A stretch of DNA of 64,000 nucleotides from Candidatus Nanopelagicaceae bacterium (GCA_018883365.1 VEQF01000001.1:27883-91882), one strand, 5' to 3'. Counted from the stretch's first letter, positions 1 to 9,584 are shown. A program made the numbers and translations. Notes: a model not told the origin generated them from the sequence alone.

Positions 1-346
1 ATAAACCAGCATGTAAACCTTTTCGACCACGATCAAAAACAGTATAAAGAATGCTCGCAGTAGGAAGAATTACCATGGTCATTCCAAGCAACATCACGAT
101 GCTAAAGAATTGATCTCGACCATTCATCCAGTCTCGGGTTAAAACTCCGCGCACTAAATTCAAAACCGCCAGCGCAACAAAGAAAACTGCGAAGTACGCA
201 AGTTTTCCTTTTAATTCGGTAACTGCGACCAGTAAATATGAGGCTAATACTGAACCTAATATCAGAGCGAAATTAATCGCTCTTTCCTTAGGAGATGGAC
301 GCCAAGGACGTGATGGCTTAACTGAAACTTTCGACTCTGACATCAT
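1..346 (-). CDS. pstA: Phosphate ABC transporter permease PstA, N-terminal part (gene continues past the window start)
   Basis: The ATG at 346 overlaps the pstC stop (ATGA). My hand translation (MMSESKVSVKPSRPWRP...LAYFAVFFVALAVLNLV...) is hydrophobic and permease-like. It sits directly downstream of pstC. Confidence 0.7.
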   Translation of the reverse strand, partial: MMSESKVSVKPSRPWRPSPKERAINFALILGSVLASYLLVAVTELKGKLAYFAVFFVALAVLNLVRGVLTRDWMNGRDQFFSIVMLLGMTMVILPTASILYTVFDRGRKGLHAGL

Positions 347-1335
347 CGGCCCTTAGTTCCAGAGCGGGTAATTACTTGATCAGCTAGGAAATTAACCAAC
401 AAAGTAAGCATAAATAGCACTAATCCAGCAGCCATCAAAGCCTTAATTTCATATGGTTGAGCCTCGCCGAATTTGAGAAGGATTAGCGATGCGACGTTTC
501 CGCCAGCTCCAAACAAAACATTCCAATTGATTTGGTAAACGATATTCAAGACCGTATACACCGCAACGGTCTCACCCATTGCTCTGCCAAGTCCAAGCAT
601 CGAACCGCCAACAATTCCACCTCGCGCATAAGGAAGCGCCACAGTTCTAATCACATTCCAGCGTGTTGCGCCAAGAGCATATGCAGCTTGAATTCGATCA
701 AGAGGAGTTTGAGAAAACACCTCGCGAGAAATCGAGGTAACAATCGGAATAATCATGATTGCTAGAACGACGCCAGCGATAAATGGCGATCGGGTAAAAA
801 TTCTTGGCTCAACTTCAAATATTGGAATGAATCCTAAATACTTATTGATTAGCTTGGCCCAATACTCCGCACTTGGCATCAAAACAAATAGTCCCCAAAA
901 GCCGAAAAGGATTGAGGGAAAAGCCGCCATCAAATCGATAACTGATACTAAAACTTTCTTCAAGGAATTTGGCGCGTAGAAACTTAGAAATATCGCCGCA
1001 GAAACGGAGATCGGAACCGCAATAACCACTGCAATGATGGCGCACAAAATTGTGCCAACCAACATCGCTGCAAGTCCAAATGTGGTGTTGGTGATCGCGC
1101 CAAAAGAATCAACCTCAACTACCCATTCTGAAGTCGTTATAAATGAGATTCCCTCTTTTGCCAAGATTTCAAATCCTTGATAGCCCAAGAAGATTGCGAT
1201 TAGACCGAGGATTACAAGTGATGAAAGTCCGCCAGCTGTAACAACACCGCGGAAAACTTTGTCTGAAAAACGAGGTTCGGTGGTTATCTCTCGAGGCGAG
1301 GGAATTCGCCCGGCCTGGCTTTCCAACGTGGTCAC
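343..1335 (-). CDS. pstC: Phosphate ABC transporter permease PstC
   Basis: 330-aa polytopic membrane ORF with an ABC permease EAA-like region (ALGATRWNVIRTVALPYARGGIVGG) typical of PstC. It is followed by pstA. Confidence 0.9.
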   Translation of the reverse strand: MTTLESQAGRIPSPREITTEPRFSDKVFRGVVTAGGLSSLVILGLIAIFLGYQGFEILAKEGISFITTSEWVVEVDSFGAITNTTFGLAAMLVGTILCAIIAVVIAVPISVSAAIFLSFYAPNSLKKVLVSVIDLMAAFPSILFGFWGLFVLMPSAEYWAKLINKYLGFIPIFEVEPRIFTRSPFIAGVVLAIMIIPIVTSISREVFSQTPLDRIQAAYALGATRWNVIRTVALPYARGGIVGGSMLGLGRAMGETVAVYTVLNIVYQINWNVLFGAGGNVASLILLKFGEAQPYEIKALMAAGLVLFMLTLLVNFLADQVITRSGTKGR

Positions 1336-1379
1336 GCGGCGGATACTGCTAGGAATCGGCCGAATAAGGGTTGAGTATT

Positions 1380-1408
1380 AGTAAACAGCAGGTGAACGAG
1401 TGGTGAAA
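1380..1408 (-). promoter_or_regulatory. Candidate PHO box: three 11-nt direct-repeat units upstream of pstC
   Basis: The minus strand reads TTTCACCACTC GTTCACCTGCT GTTTACTAATA. The cores start exactly 11 nt apart (1408, 1397, 1386) and match the Streptomyces PhoP GTTCACC core at 6/7, 7/7 and 5/7 positions. The site lies 45-73 nt upstream of the pstC GTG. Confidence 0.4.
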
Positions 1409-1436
1409 TGTCTCTCTGCCAATAGGCTCTCCCATC

Positions 1437-1988
1437 ATGGCGAACGAGAACCCACCATTAATTTGGATTGATTGTGAAATGACTGGCCTGTCACTAGAAA
1501 GTGACGCCCTGGTTGAAATCGCCGTGCTGGTAACCGATGAGAACCTGAATATCCAAGGTGATGGCGTTGACCTCGTAATAAAGACCACCCCCGAGAAGCT
1601 AGCTGGGATGCGGGATGAGGTTAAAAAGATGCATACCGAATCTGGATTAATAAATGAGATTCCAAATGGCGTATCAATCTCCGAAGCCGAGGAAGCGGTA
1701 ATTAATTATCTATCTACTCTTACCCAACCTGGAAAGTCCCCACTTGCTGGCAACTCTGTCGGAATGGATAGAAATTTCATTGCTCGAGATATGCCTAGAT
1801 TGAATGAGTATTTGCATTATCGAACAGTTGATGTTTCCTCAATCAAGGAGTTAGCTCGACGTTGGTATCCAAAGGTCTATTTCAACGCTCCAAAGAAAAC
1901 TGGGAATCATCGAGCTTTAGGTGATATCAAGGATTCAATCGAAGAGCTTAAATATTATCAATCAACAATCTTTATCCCGAAGAATTAA
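1437..1988 (+). CDS. orn: Oligoribonuclease
   Basis: N-terminus LIWIDCEMTGL and C-terminal HRALGDIKDSIEELKYY are the DEDDh exonuclease motifs of Orn. Size is 183 aa. Confidence 0.92.
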   Translation: MANENPPLIWIDCEMTGLSLESDALVEIAVLVTDENLNIQGDGVDLVIKTTPEKLAGMRDEVKKMHTESGLINEIPNGVSISEAEEAVINYLSTLTQPGKSPLAGNSVGMDRNFIARDMPRLNEYLHYRTVDVSSIKELARRWYPKVYFNAPKKTGNHRALGDIKDSIEELKYYQSTIFIPKN

Positions 1989-2368
1989 ACACCTAATCTG
2001 GCTAGAGCAGCGACTATATCTTCGCCTTGATTCAGCTCTATTGATTTGAATTCTAAATTAAACTTCACAACATTTTTCAATCGGAAGATTAGTTGTTCTG
2101 CGCCAAGTTGATCGCCAATTAAAAGTAGTACAAAGGTTTTCTGATTCATTCGAGCTAGCAAATCTCCGCCTCGTAACTCTGAATTCAAATCAGTCGCACA
2201 TTTAATCAATTCATCATCACTCAGATTTTCGTGGCGAATAGCAATGACCGAAGTTTGGCGATTGGTTCGATTAGCCCACGAAATAAGTCTTTTTGAACTC
2301 TCATAAAAGAATTTGGGAGCCAGCGCTCCAGTCAAAGGGTCATAAATGCCCTCATCAAAAAAAGCCAT
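1985..2368 (-). CDS. Stand-alone degenerate GGDEF-like domain protein
   Basis: It starts with DPLTGALAPKFF (the GGDEF domain entry motif D-x-LTG-L-x-NR). The GG(D/E)EF position reads NQKTF (RGGDLLARMNQKTFVLLL) and the metal-binding D segment is missing. Size is 127 aa. Confidence 0.5.
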   Translation of the reverse strand: MAFFDEGIYDPLTGALAPKFFYESSKRLISWANRTNRQTSVIAIRHENLSDDELIKCATDLNSELRGGDLLARMNQKTFVLLLIGDQLGAEQLIFRLKNVVKFNLEFKSIELNQGEDIVAALARLGV

Positions 2369-2834
2369 AAAAGAGGCTAGCTCTGGGAATCAAGAGCTAA
2401 CTAGAGGATTCTCATACTCTATTCTTGGCGGTATGAGCTTAATTCCGCGTAAGGTGCATTTAATTGCGGCCAATTTGGTGCGCATCGAAGCTGCATTCCT
2501 CGCCTCGCTTGGGATCTATCTCGTAGTTAGAACCCTCTCCTCTGAAGTTCAAGAGCTCGATGCGGTTATCGCAGAAATTGTTTTTCTCTTTGTTGGTTCT
2601 GCAGGACTATTTTTTGCTGGCAGAGGTTTTTCCCAACAACGGTATTACGGACGAGGAGCTACAGTTCTGGCAAATCTAATTGCAATTGGAGTTGCTTATT
2701 ACATGATTGATGGCGAGCGAGGCCTGCTTGGATTTACTTTGGGAGTTTTTGCACTAGCAACTTTGATTGCGGCTATTGCTGCTGTTCCGAAACCATCTAA
2801 TCACAATTCGGATCACCAGGGAACAACTTCCTGA
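2346..2834 (+). CDS. Hypothetical integral membrane protein
   Basis: 162-aa ORF with about 4 hydrophobic helices. The start is uncertain, with an alternative ATG at 2433. I recognised no family motif. Confidence 0.45.
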   Translation: MPSSKKAIKEASSGNQELTRGFSYSILGGMSLIPRKVHLIAANLVRIEAAFLASLGIYLVVRTLSSEVQELDAVIAEIVFLFVGSAGLFFAGRGFSQQRYYGRGATVLANLIAIGVAYYMIDGERGLLGFTLGVFALATLIAAIAAVPKPSNHNSDHQGTTS

Positions 2835-3511
2835 TCTTCCCAAAGAACTCCAGTTACATCTCCAGCTGAGAAGTTTCTAGTTGCCAGCCAAATAGCAGTT
2901 GCCGCTCCTTCTTCTGCGCTTCTTGGAGCGTTCGGACCGCCCATGTCTGTGCGGCTGTGATTTGGACAAATTGCATCTACTAAAAATCCTCTAGCGCCAT
3001 GTCCAGTTTCATGCGCCAGGTTTCGCACCAATGCATTTACTCCAGCTTTTGAAATTCGATAAGGAGCAAGTCCGCCTGCATTGCCGGGTCCAGACATTCT
3101 TCCCAAACATGCAGAGAAAATAATTACCCGACCATTTCTTGCCTCTGCCATTGGCGAGCCAATCGCATTTACTAAAGTGAAAACTGAGTTGAGATTGATA
3201 TTCATAACCCGAGACCATTCAGCATCATTGGTTCGCAAGGTCTTCGCCATTTTGTCGCTCATGACCCCGTGAGCTAGCACCAAGATTTCGGGGGTGCCAT
3301 ATTTTTCTAACATGGCGTTGGCAAGTATCCGAGTCGCCCCAATATCTTCCAGATCAACCAGTTCGAAGGGGATTCCAAGTTCGGCGCTGGCGGCCTGCGC
3401 ATTTTCCGCGCTTTTGGCTATACCTATTACTTGATGCCCTTGTGCGGCAAGACTCATCGCGACTTGTCGACCCAAACCTCTGCTCGCACCAGTTACAAAA
3501 GCTAATCCCAT
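2813..3511 (-). CDS. Short-chain dehydrogenase/reductase (SDR) family oxidoreductase
   Basis: TGASRGLG cofactor motif directly after the Met at 3511, plus the YRISKAG catalytic Y-x3-K. I trimmed the track ORF (2813..3580) to the internal ATG. Confidence 0.85.
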   Translation of the reverse strand: MGLAFVTGASRGLGRQVAMSLAAQGHQVIGIAKSAENAQAASAELGIPFELVDLEDIGATRILANAMLEKYGTPEILVLAHGVMSDKMAKTLRTNDAEWSRVMNINLNSVFTLVNAIGSPMAEARNGRVIIFSACLGRMSGPGNAGGLAPYRISKAGVNALVRNLAHETGHGARGFLVDAICPNHSRTDMGGPNAPRSAEEGAATAIWLATRNFSAGDVTGVLWEDQEVVPW

Positions 3512-3644
3512 GGGCCGAGACTGCCTTATGGAATGACCCGGCGCAGGTTGAAATTTATTCAAGCTGAGAACTGTGGCCAATCACGCCCCGCTCCAGGTAG
3601 AGCACACTCCTCGAACGCAGATAGGCTTTCGTTCCGTGGCAGGT

Positions 3645-6600
3645 ATGAATCCAGAAAACAAATTTGGCGGCTCATTCGGATCCAACGAATGGTTAGTTGA
3701 TGAAATGTATGAGCGCTTTCTCGCAGATCCAAACTCCGTTGAAGATGATTGGAAAGAGTTCTTTGCCGGATATAAACCTGGTGCCACAACAACCGCACCG
3801 GCTGGAGTACCTCCAATTCCAAAGCGACAACAACAAGCTGCGGCTCCCGTAGTTCAACCAGTTGCGCAACCACCAATTGTTGAGACTCCTGCTCCAGTAG
3901 CTACTCCACAACCTGCGGTTCGTCCGACTACACAACCAACACCAACTCCGGCTCAAGTTGTTGCAAAGCCAGCGCCACAAGTTTCGGCACCAACAGCAGC
4001 GCGCGTTGAACCGCTGCGCGGAGTTGCAAACCGTGTTGTGCAAAGCATGGAGGCTTCACTAACTGTTCCAACCGCAACAAGCGTTCGCGCCGTACCAGCA
4101 AAATTAATGATTGATAACCGCACCGTTATTAACAACCATTTGAAACGTGCACGTGGCGGAAAAGTATCTTTCACTCATTTAATTGGTTACGCAATGATCA
4201 AAGCTATGCGTGCGATGCCAGAGATGAATGCGTTTTACACGGAGCAAGATGGAAAACCAGCGATCGGACATCCTGATCACATCAATCTTGGTATCGCAAT
4301 TGACTTAGCTAAAGAGGATGGCTCACGCCAACTTTTGGTTCCATCCATTAAAGGATGTGAAAGTCTTGATTTCGGCCAATTCTGGTCGGAGTATGAAGCT
4401 TTGGTTAAGAAAGCTCGCAAAGGTTCATTGACTGTTGAGGATTTTGCAGGAACCACAGTTTCACTTACTAACCCAGGAACAATCGGCACCGTTCACTCCG
4501 TACCGCGCCTAGTTCAAGGTCAAGGATTGATTCTTGGTGTTGGAGCTATGGATTATCCAGCGGAATTCCAAGGTGCTAGCGAGGAAACCATTGCAGAGCT
4601 GGCAATTTCAAAAGTTGTAACTCTTACCTCAACCTATGACCACCGAATTATTCAGGGTGCTCAATCTGGCGACTTCTTGCGCCGTATTCATGAAATTTTG
4701 TTGGGAGAAGGCGGTTTCTATGAAGAGATTTTCTCCGCACTTCGTATTCCTTATGTTCCAATTCAGTGGCATGCAGATATTCCAGAAGGTAAAGATCAAT
4801 TAAATAAAGCCGCTCGAGTTCAACAACTCATTCAGGCGTATCGCACCACCGGCCACTTAATGGCTGACATTGATCCGCTTGAGTACAAGCAACGTAGTCA
4901 TCCTGATTTAGATGTAGTGACTCATGGATTAACGCTTTGGGATTTAGATCGTGAAATCGCGACAGGTGGTTTTGGCGGAAGGCCTTACGCCAAGCTTCGC
5001 AATGTCTTAGGAACACTTCGTGACTCGTACTGCCGCTCCATCGGCGTTGAATACATGTACATCGATTCTCCTGAAGAACGCAAGTGGATTCAAAGCCAGG
5101 TCGAAGTGGGCTCACCATTCTTCCCTCGCGAAGAGCAGTTAAGAATTTTGCGCAAACTTAATTCGGCAGAAGCTTTTGAAACATTTCTGCACACTAAGTT
5201 TGTTGGACAAAAGCGATTCTCACTTGAAGGTGGCGAGTCTGTAATTCCACTTCTCGACACAATTGCTCGTTATGCAGCCAAGGCTGAACTAGATGAGGTC
5301 TGCATTGGAATGCCGCACCGTGGTCGCTTGAACGTTTTAGCAAATGTTGCTGGAAAATCCTATGGACAAATCTTCCAAGAGTTTGAAGGTCATTATCAAG
5401 AAAATGAAGTTCAGGGCTCCGGAGATGTTAAGTATCACCTTGGAACCTACGGTGACTTCGTTACTGAAAATGGCGAAAAGACCAAGATCTACCTAGCCGC
5501 TAACCCATCACATCTAGAGGCTGTAAATCCAGTTCTAGAGGGCATTGTCCGCGCTAAGCAGGATCGTAAAAATGTAAAGAGCGCATTCTCAGTTATGCCA
5601 ATTCTTATTCACGGTGATGCGGCGTTTGCAGGTCAGGGCGTGGTTGCAGAAACTTTGAATATGTCCCAACTTCGCGGCTATCGCACCGGTGGAACTATTC
5701 ACGTGGTTATTAATAACCAGGTTGGCTTTACAACCTCCCCAGAGTCAGCGCGTTCTTCACGTTACTCAACTGATATTGCAAAATTGATTCAGGCTCCGGT
5801 ATTCCATGTAAATGGTGATGACCCTGAAGCTTGCGTTCGCGTAGCCCGAGTTGCATTCGAATATCGTCAAACCTTTAATAAAGATGTAGTCATCGACATG
5901 GTTTGCTACCGTCGTCGCGGTCATAACGAGGGTGATGAGCCAAGCTTCACCCAGCCACGCATGTACAAGTTGATTGATGCTAAGCGCACTACCCGAGTCC
6001 TTTATGCTGAGGCATTAGTTGGACGTGGTGACATCACGCAAGAAGAATCCGATCAAATTGCTCGGGAATTCCAGGCTCAACTTGAGGCGATCTTTAACAC
6101 GGTTCATGACAAACTTCCTGAACAGCCTCAATTCAATAAGTTGGAAACCTTTGATCCATTGACAACAAATACCGCAATTACCGAAGATGTCGCGCGAAAG
6201 ATTGCGGCAACTCAGGTAGCGGTTCCAGAAAACTTCAAAGTTCATCCAAAGCTAACTCCACAGCTTCAACGTCGAGTCACAATGCTTGATGATGGAACCA
6301 TCGATTGGTCTGGCGGCGAAATGCTCGCCTTCGGTTCATTGCTACTCGAGGGACATCCGGTACGAATTGCGGGCCAAGATGTTGGTCGCGGAACATTCTC
6401 AAATCGTCATGCGGTCATTCGTGATCATGAAGATGGAAGTGAATGGATTCCGCTTCGCGGTCTACTCGACAATGAAAATCAGTTCTTTGTTGTCGACTCG
6501 TTACTCTCAGAGTACGCAGCCATGGGATTTGAGTACGGATACTCCGTAGAGCGTGAAAATGCATTGGTTTTGTGGGAGGCCCAGTTTGGTGACTTTGCCA

Positions 6601-7313
6601 ATGGCGCCCAAACGATTATCGATGAGTTCATCTCATCCTCATTGCAAAAGTGGGGCGAGCGTTCATCTGTAGTTCTGCTTCTTCCACATGGCTATGAAGG
6701 TCAGGGTCCAGATCACTCATCAGGTCGCATCGAAAGATTCCTGACTCTTTGCGCTGAAAACAATATGACAGTTGCTCAACCATCTTCCCCAGCTTCATAT
6801 TTCCATCTACTTCGTTGGCACATGAAGAATCCAGCACGACGCCCATTGATTGTTTTTGAACCAAAATCAATGTTGCGCCTTAAAGCTGCCGCTTCCAAAC
6901 TCTCTGAGATTACCTCGGGCAATTTCCGTCCTCTGATTGGTGATGACAGTGTTTCAAACGCAACTCGTTTGATCCTCTGCAGCGGCAAGATCTATTGGGA
7001 ATTGGTTGCAGAGCGAGCCAAACTTGGCGACAACAACACCGCAATTGCTCGTGTTGAACAGCTATATCCACTTCCAATTGCTCAAATAACAGCAGAGCTA
7101 AACAAATATCCAAATGCGGAGGTTGTCTGGGTGCAAGATGAGCCAGCTAACCAAGGTCCATGGCCATTTGTTTCTGCAAACCTTGCAGAACACTTAAATG
7201 GTCGTGCGCTTCGTCGAATCTCAAGAAAAGCTGCAGCAAGTCCAGCCACGGGAAGTATTTATGTCCATGAGGCGGAGCAAAAAGCTCTTCTTGCAGAGGT
7301 GTTTGCGCGCTAG
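3645..7313 (+). CDS. kgd: Multifunctional 2-oxoglutarate decarboxylase/dehydrogenase E1 with fused E2-like acyltransferase segment (actinobacterial Kgd/OdhA type)
   Basis: About 1220 aa. The N-terminus FGSNEWLVDEMYERFLADP is followed by a Pro/Ala-rich linker, an E2-like catalytic segment (DHRIIQGAQSGDFL), then a ThDP E1 domain. The start is placed at the ATG at 3645, where the typical N-terminus begins. Confidence 0.95.
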   Translation: MNPENKFGGSFGSNEWLVDEMYERFLADPNSVEDDWKEFFAGYKPGATTTAPAGVPPIPKRQQQAAAPVVQPVAQPPIVETPAPVATPQPAVRPTTQPTPTPAQVVAKPAPQVSAPTAARVEPLRGVANRVVQSMEASLTVPTATSVRAVPAKLMIDNRTVINNHLKRARGGKVSFTHLIGYAMIKAMRAMPEMNAFYTEQDGKPAIGHPDHINLGIAIDLAKEDGSRQLLVPSIKGCESLDFGQFWSEYEALVKKARKGSLTVEDFAGTTVSLTNPGTIGTVHSVPRLVQGQGLILGVGAMDYPAEFQGASEETIAELAISKVVTLTSTYDHRIIQGAQSGDFLRRIHEILLGEGGFYEEIFSALRIPYVPIQWHADIPEGKDQLNKAARVQQLIQAYRTTGHLMADIDPLEYKQRSHPDLDVVTHGLTLWDLDREIATGGFGGRPYAKLRNVLGTLRDSYCRSIGVEYMYIDSPEERKWIQSQVEVGSPFFPREEQLRILRKLNSAEAFETFLHTKFVGQKRFSLEGGESVIPLLDTIARYAAKAELDEVCIGMPHRGRLNVLANVAGKSYGQIFQEFEGHYQENEVQGSGDVKYHLGTYGDFVTENGEKTKIYLAANPSHLEAVNPVLEGIVRAKQDRKNVKSAFSVMPILIHGDAAFAGQGVVAETLNMSQLRGYRTGGTIHVVINNQVGFTTSPESARSSRYSTDIAKLIQAPVFHVNGDDPEACVRVARVAFEYRQTFNKDVVIDMVCYRRRGHNEGDEPSFTQPRMYKLIDAKRTTRVLYAEALVGRGDITQEESDQIAREFQAQLEAIFNTVHDKLPEQPQFNKLETFDPLTTNTAITEDVARKIAATQVAVPENFKVHPKLTPQLQRRVTMLDDGTIDWSGGEMLAFGSLLLEGHPVRIAGQDVGRGTFSNRHAVIRDHEDGSEWIPLRGLLDNENQFFVVDSLLSEYAAMGFEYGYSVERENALVLWEAQFGDFANGAQTIIDEFISSSLQKWGERSSVVLLLPHGYEGQGPDHSSGRIERFLTLCAENNMTVAQPSSPASYFHLLRWHMKNPARRPLIVFEPKSMLRLKAAASKLSEITSGNFRPLIGDDSVSNATRLILCSGKIYWELVAERAKLGDNNTAIARVEQLYPLPIAQITAELNKYPNAEVVWVQDEPANQGPWPFVSANLAEHLNGRALRRISRKAAASPATGSIYVHEAEQKALLAEVFAR

Positions 7314-7687
7314 TTTTTTCTGATTCGAAACTGAACTTTGGCTTTCACTTCATGGGCTGAGATGTATCCCCATTTTCGTGAGTCATTCATCAATTTCTGA
7401 GTTTCTGGGTTTCTATTATCGCCCTCTACCCAGTACAGCCCACTGTGTGACTTTTGAATTCTCTTAATGAGAAATACCCCGGGCATTTCATCTCTCTCGA
7501 TTACTACATTGGAACCCAATGGAATTTCTCGTTCAACTTCAAGAAACCACTTAACTAACAAGACATCACCGTCATTAAAGGTTGGCTCCATGGAGTTTCC
7601 AGAAACCTTAACCAAGCGGTATGGCCAGTTAGACCCCAACGCGCCAAAGATCCTCACGGCCGGTAGTCTTGCACTTATCGTTGCCAA
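7310..7687 (-). CDS. sodX: Nickel-type superoxide dismutase maturation protease (S26/S24-like)
   Basis: Signal-peptidase-like motifs VSGNSMEPTF (Ser) and LIKRI (Lys). It is divergent from and adjacent to sodN, which is the canonical arrangement. Confidence 0.8.
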   Translation of the reverse strand: MATISARLPAVRIFGALGSNWPYRLVKVSGNSMEPTFNDGDVLLVKWFLEVEREIPLGSNVVIERDEMPGVFLIKRIQKSHSGLYWVEGDNRNPETQKLMNDSRKWGYISAHEVKAKVQFRIRKN

Positions 7688-7713
7688 TCATGAAGCTACT
7701 AAGTGAGGTAAAA

Positions 7714-8088
7714 ATGCTTACAGTTCACGCACATTGCGATCTACCTTGTGGTGTTTACGATCCAGCTCAAGCAAAGATTGAAGCTCAGTCAGTTAAGGCA
7801 TGCATGGAAAAATATGCAGCTTCCTCTGACTCAGATTTCAAAGCTCGTGCAGTTTCCATCAAGGAAGCTCGCTCCAACATGGTCAAAGAACACCTATGGG
7901 TTCTATGGACAGATTATTTCAAGCCAAATCACTTTGAGGCCTACCCACAGCTTCATTCCCTGTTTAATGAAGCAACCAAGCTTGCTGGCGCTGCTGGCAC
8001 CAAGGGAACCGTAGATGTAGCAGTTGCCGATAAGTTGATCGCAAAGATTGATGAAATCGCAGAGATCTTCTGGGCCACTAAGAAGTAA
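7714..8088 (+). CDS. sodN: Nickel-containing superoxide dismutase precursor
   Basis: Ni-hook HCDLPCGVYDP lies directly after a short pro-peptide. GAGG sits 5 nt upstream of the ATG at 7714, giving the leader MLTVHA. The alternative ATG at 7690 would give a 14-aa leader. Confidence 0.93.
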   Translation: MLTVHAHCDLPCGVYDPAQAKIEAQSVKACMEKYAASSDSDFKARAVSIKEARSNMVKEHLWVLWTDYFKPNHFEAYPQLHSLFNEATKLAGAAGTKGTVDVAVADKLIAKIDEIAEIFWATKK

Positions 8089-8093
8089 AAAGT

Positions 8094-8510
8094 TTATTGA
8101 TTCTCTTGTTGTGACATGAGAGTCATCGCGGCGGTCCGCGCCAGGAAAGAAACTCTTTCCACTAAGTTGCGACGCATTACGGATGCAGCAACCAAGCGCG
8201 GGCCGTCATGTATTTCGCAGGCAAATGTCAAAACATCATCTTCAATCGCAACGCAAGTAGCAGCTCCCTGAATCTCAGTTCCGATACCAACGGATTCACG
8301 TAGTTCAAGTTGAATATCTCGTAAAACAGTTGATTCACCATTTTCCAAAAACTCTGCAAGCGCTGAATTGCAAGCGCTCTCCATCAAAGTAATCAAAAAA
8401 CTATTGGAGAGAATTGGCATATCGCCACTGCCATGAGCCAATGAGGTATCACCAGGTCGCACCACCATCTGTGAAATGCCGACCGCTCCGACCACTGATT
8501 CGTATTGCAT
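8094..8510 (-). CDS. Hotdog-fold thioesterase (FlK-like family)
   Basis: HGSGDMPILSNSFLITLMESA resembles the FlK/thioesterase-superfamily N-terminal motif. Size is 138 aa. It lies 29 nt downstream of the anti-sigma gene on the same strand. Confidence 0.7.
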   Translation of the reverse strand: MQYESVVGAVGISQMVVRPGDTSLAHGSGDMPILSNSFLITLMESACNSALAEFLENGESTVLRDIQLELRESVGIGTEIQGAATCVAIEDDVLTFACEIHDGPRLVAASVMRRNLVERVSFLARTAAMTLMSQQENQ

Positions 8511-8539
8511 CAGCGTTTAACTTAGCAGGGGTTTATTGA

Positions 8540-8917
8540 TTAAAAGGGAAAATCGCGTCTGATTTCGTGGGAAGTTTCAATCTCGATTTGGGTTTGTCCA
8601 TCGATAGTAATTTCGGTTCGACGGTATTGGGTAATAATTTCTGTTTGGCTATAACCGGCCAATTCCGCAATCTGCAACTCGTGTAGCTGCTGGGCAATGC
8701 GGTCTTGCAAAGCTGATGGGGCGGTCTCGCAACAAGATCTTGATAAAAGAGAACGGATCAAACTCAAAGCCTGTCGCTCAGTCTCGAACTGCATGCGACA
8801 TCCTTCGCATTCTTGCAAATGGAAAGCAATCTGATTGAAAGTTGCAGAGTCTTCTATTTCATTATCGATGAAAAGGATTAATGAGTCGCGGCAATCATTG
8901 CATTCAAACTGACTCAT
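8540..8917 (-). CDS. Zinc-binding anti-sigma factor (ZAS, RsrA/RshA-like) with extra C-terminal segment
   Basis: Upstream Cys residues (C6, C9) precede HLQECEGC (H-x3-C-x2-C). The start overlaps the sigma gene stop (8914..8917). Confidence 0.8.
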   Translation of the reverse strand: MSQFECNDCRDSLILFIDNEIEDSATFNQIAFHLQECEGCRMQFETERQALSLIRSLLSRSCCETAPSALQDRIAQQLHELQIAELAGYSQTEIITQYRRTEITIDGQTQIEIETSHEIRRDFPF

Positions 8918-9576
8918 TTTGCACCCCCTTTTACATAGCCACGTTCGCGCGCATAATCCGTCAACTTCTCTCGCAATTGTTTACGGCCACGGTGCAGTCG
9001 AGACATTACGGTTCCTGCAGGCACTCCGACAATCTCGGCGATTTCCTTGTAAGAAAATCCTTCAACATCTGCGAGGTAAACCACCATGCGAAACTCTTCG
9101 GGAATTTGCGCTAATGCATTTTTGATATCGCTATCAGGAAGATTTTCAAGAACGACATCCTCGGTGGACTTGCCTTGATCGCTGGTGTGAGAAGAAGCTT
9201 CAGCTAATTGCCAATCTTCCAGTTCAGAATCTGAAGTCTGCGGACGGCGTTGATCTTTTCGATAGTTATTTATAAAAGTTGTAGTTAAAACTCTATAGAG
9301 CCAAGCCTTCAGATTTGTACCTGGTTCAAATTGATGAAATGAGGTGTAAGCCTTGGCATATGTATCCTGAACTAAGTCCTGCGCATCCTCTGGATTTCTT
9401 GTGTATCTCATTGCAGCTGCGTATAGCTGATTCATATATTGCAATGCATCTCGCTCGAAACGTTTGGTTCGTTCTGCTGCAGTTTCTTTTTCGCGATCTA
9501 CACGCACCAACTCTCCAGCGCTGCTGGAGTCGGGTGTCGAAATCTCGGTTGGCATCGCATCCAAGGTTATAGCCAC
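8914..9576 (-). CDS. sigH: ECF RNA polymerase sigma factor, SigH/SigR-like
   Basis: Region 2 ([27 protein letters not shown]) and region 4 ([25 protein letters not shown]). It is followed by a ZAS anti-sigma gene. GTG start. Confidence 0.9.
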   Translation of the reverse strand: MAITLDAMPTEISTPDSSSAGELVRVDREKETAAERTKRFERDALQYMNQLYAAAMRYTRNPEDAQDLVQDTYAKAYTSFHQFEPGTNLKAWLYRVLTTTFINNYRKDQRRPQTSDSELEDWQLAEASSHTSDQGKSTEDVVLENLPDSDIKNALAQIPEEFRMVVYLADVEGFSYKEIAEIVGVPAGTVMSRLHRGRKQLREKLTDYARERGYVKGGAK

Positions 9577-9584
9577 AGCGGTCT

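Noticed and set aside
3780-3990. A repetitive Pro/Ala/Gln/Val-rich stretch that looks like a tandem repeat at the DNA level.
   Set aside because: It is in frame within kgd and corresponds to the flexible low-complexity linker between the N-terminal segment and the E2-like domain. It is not an independent repeat element.
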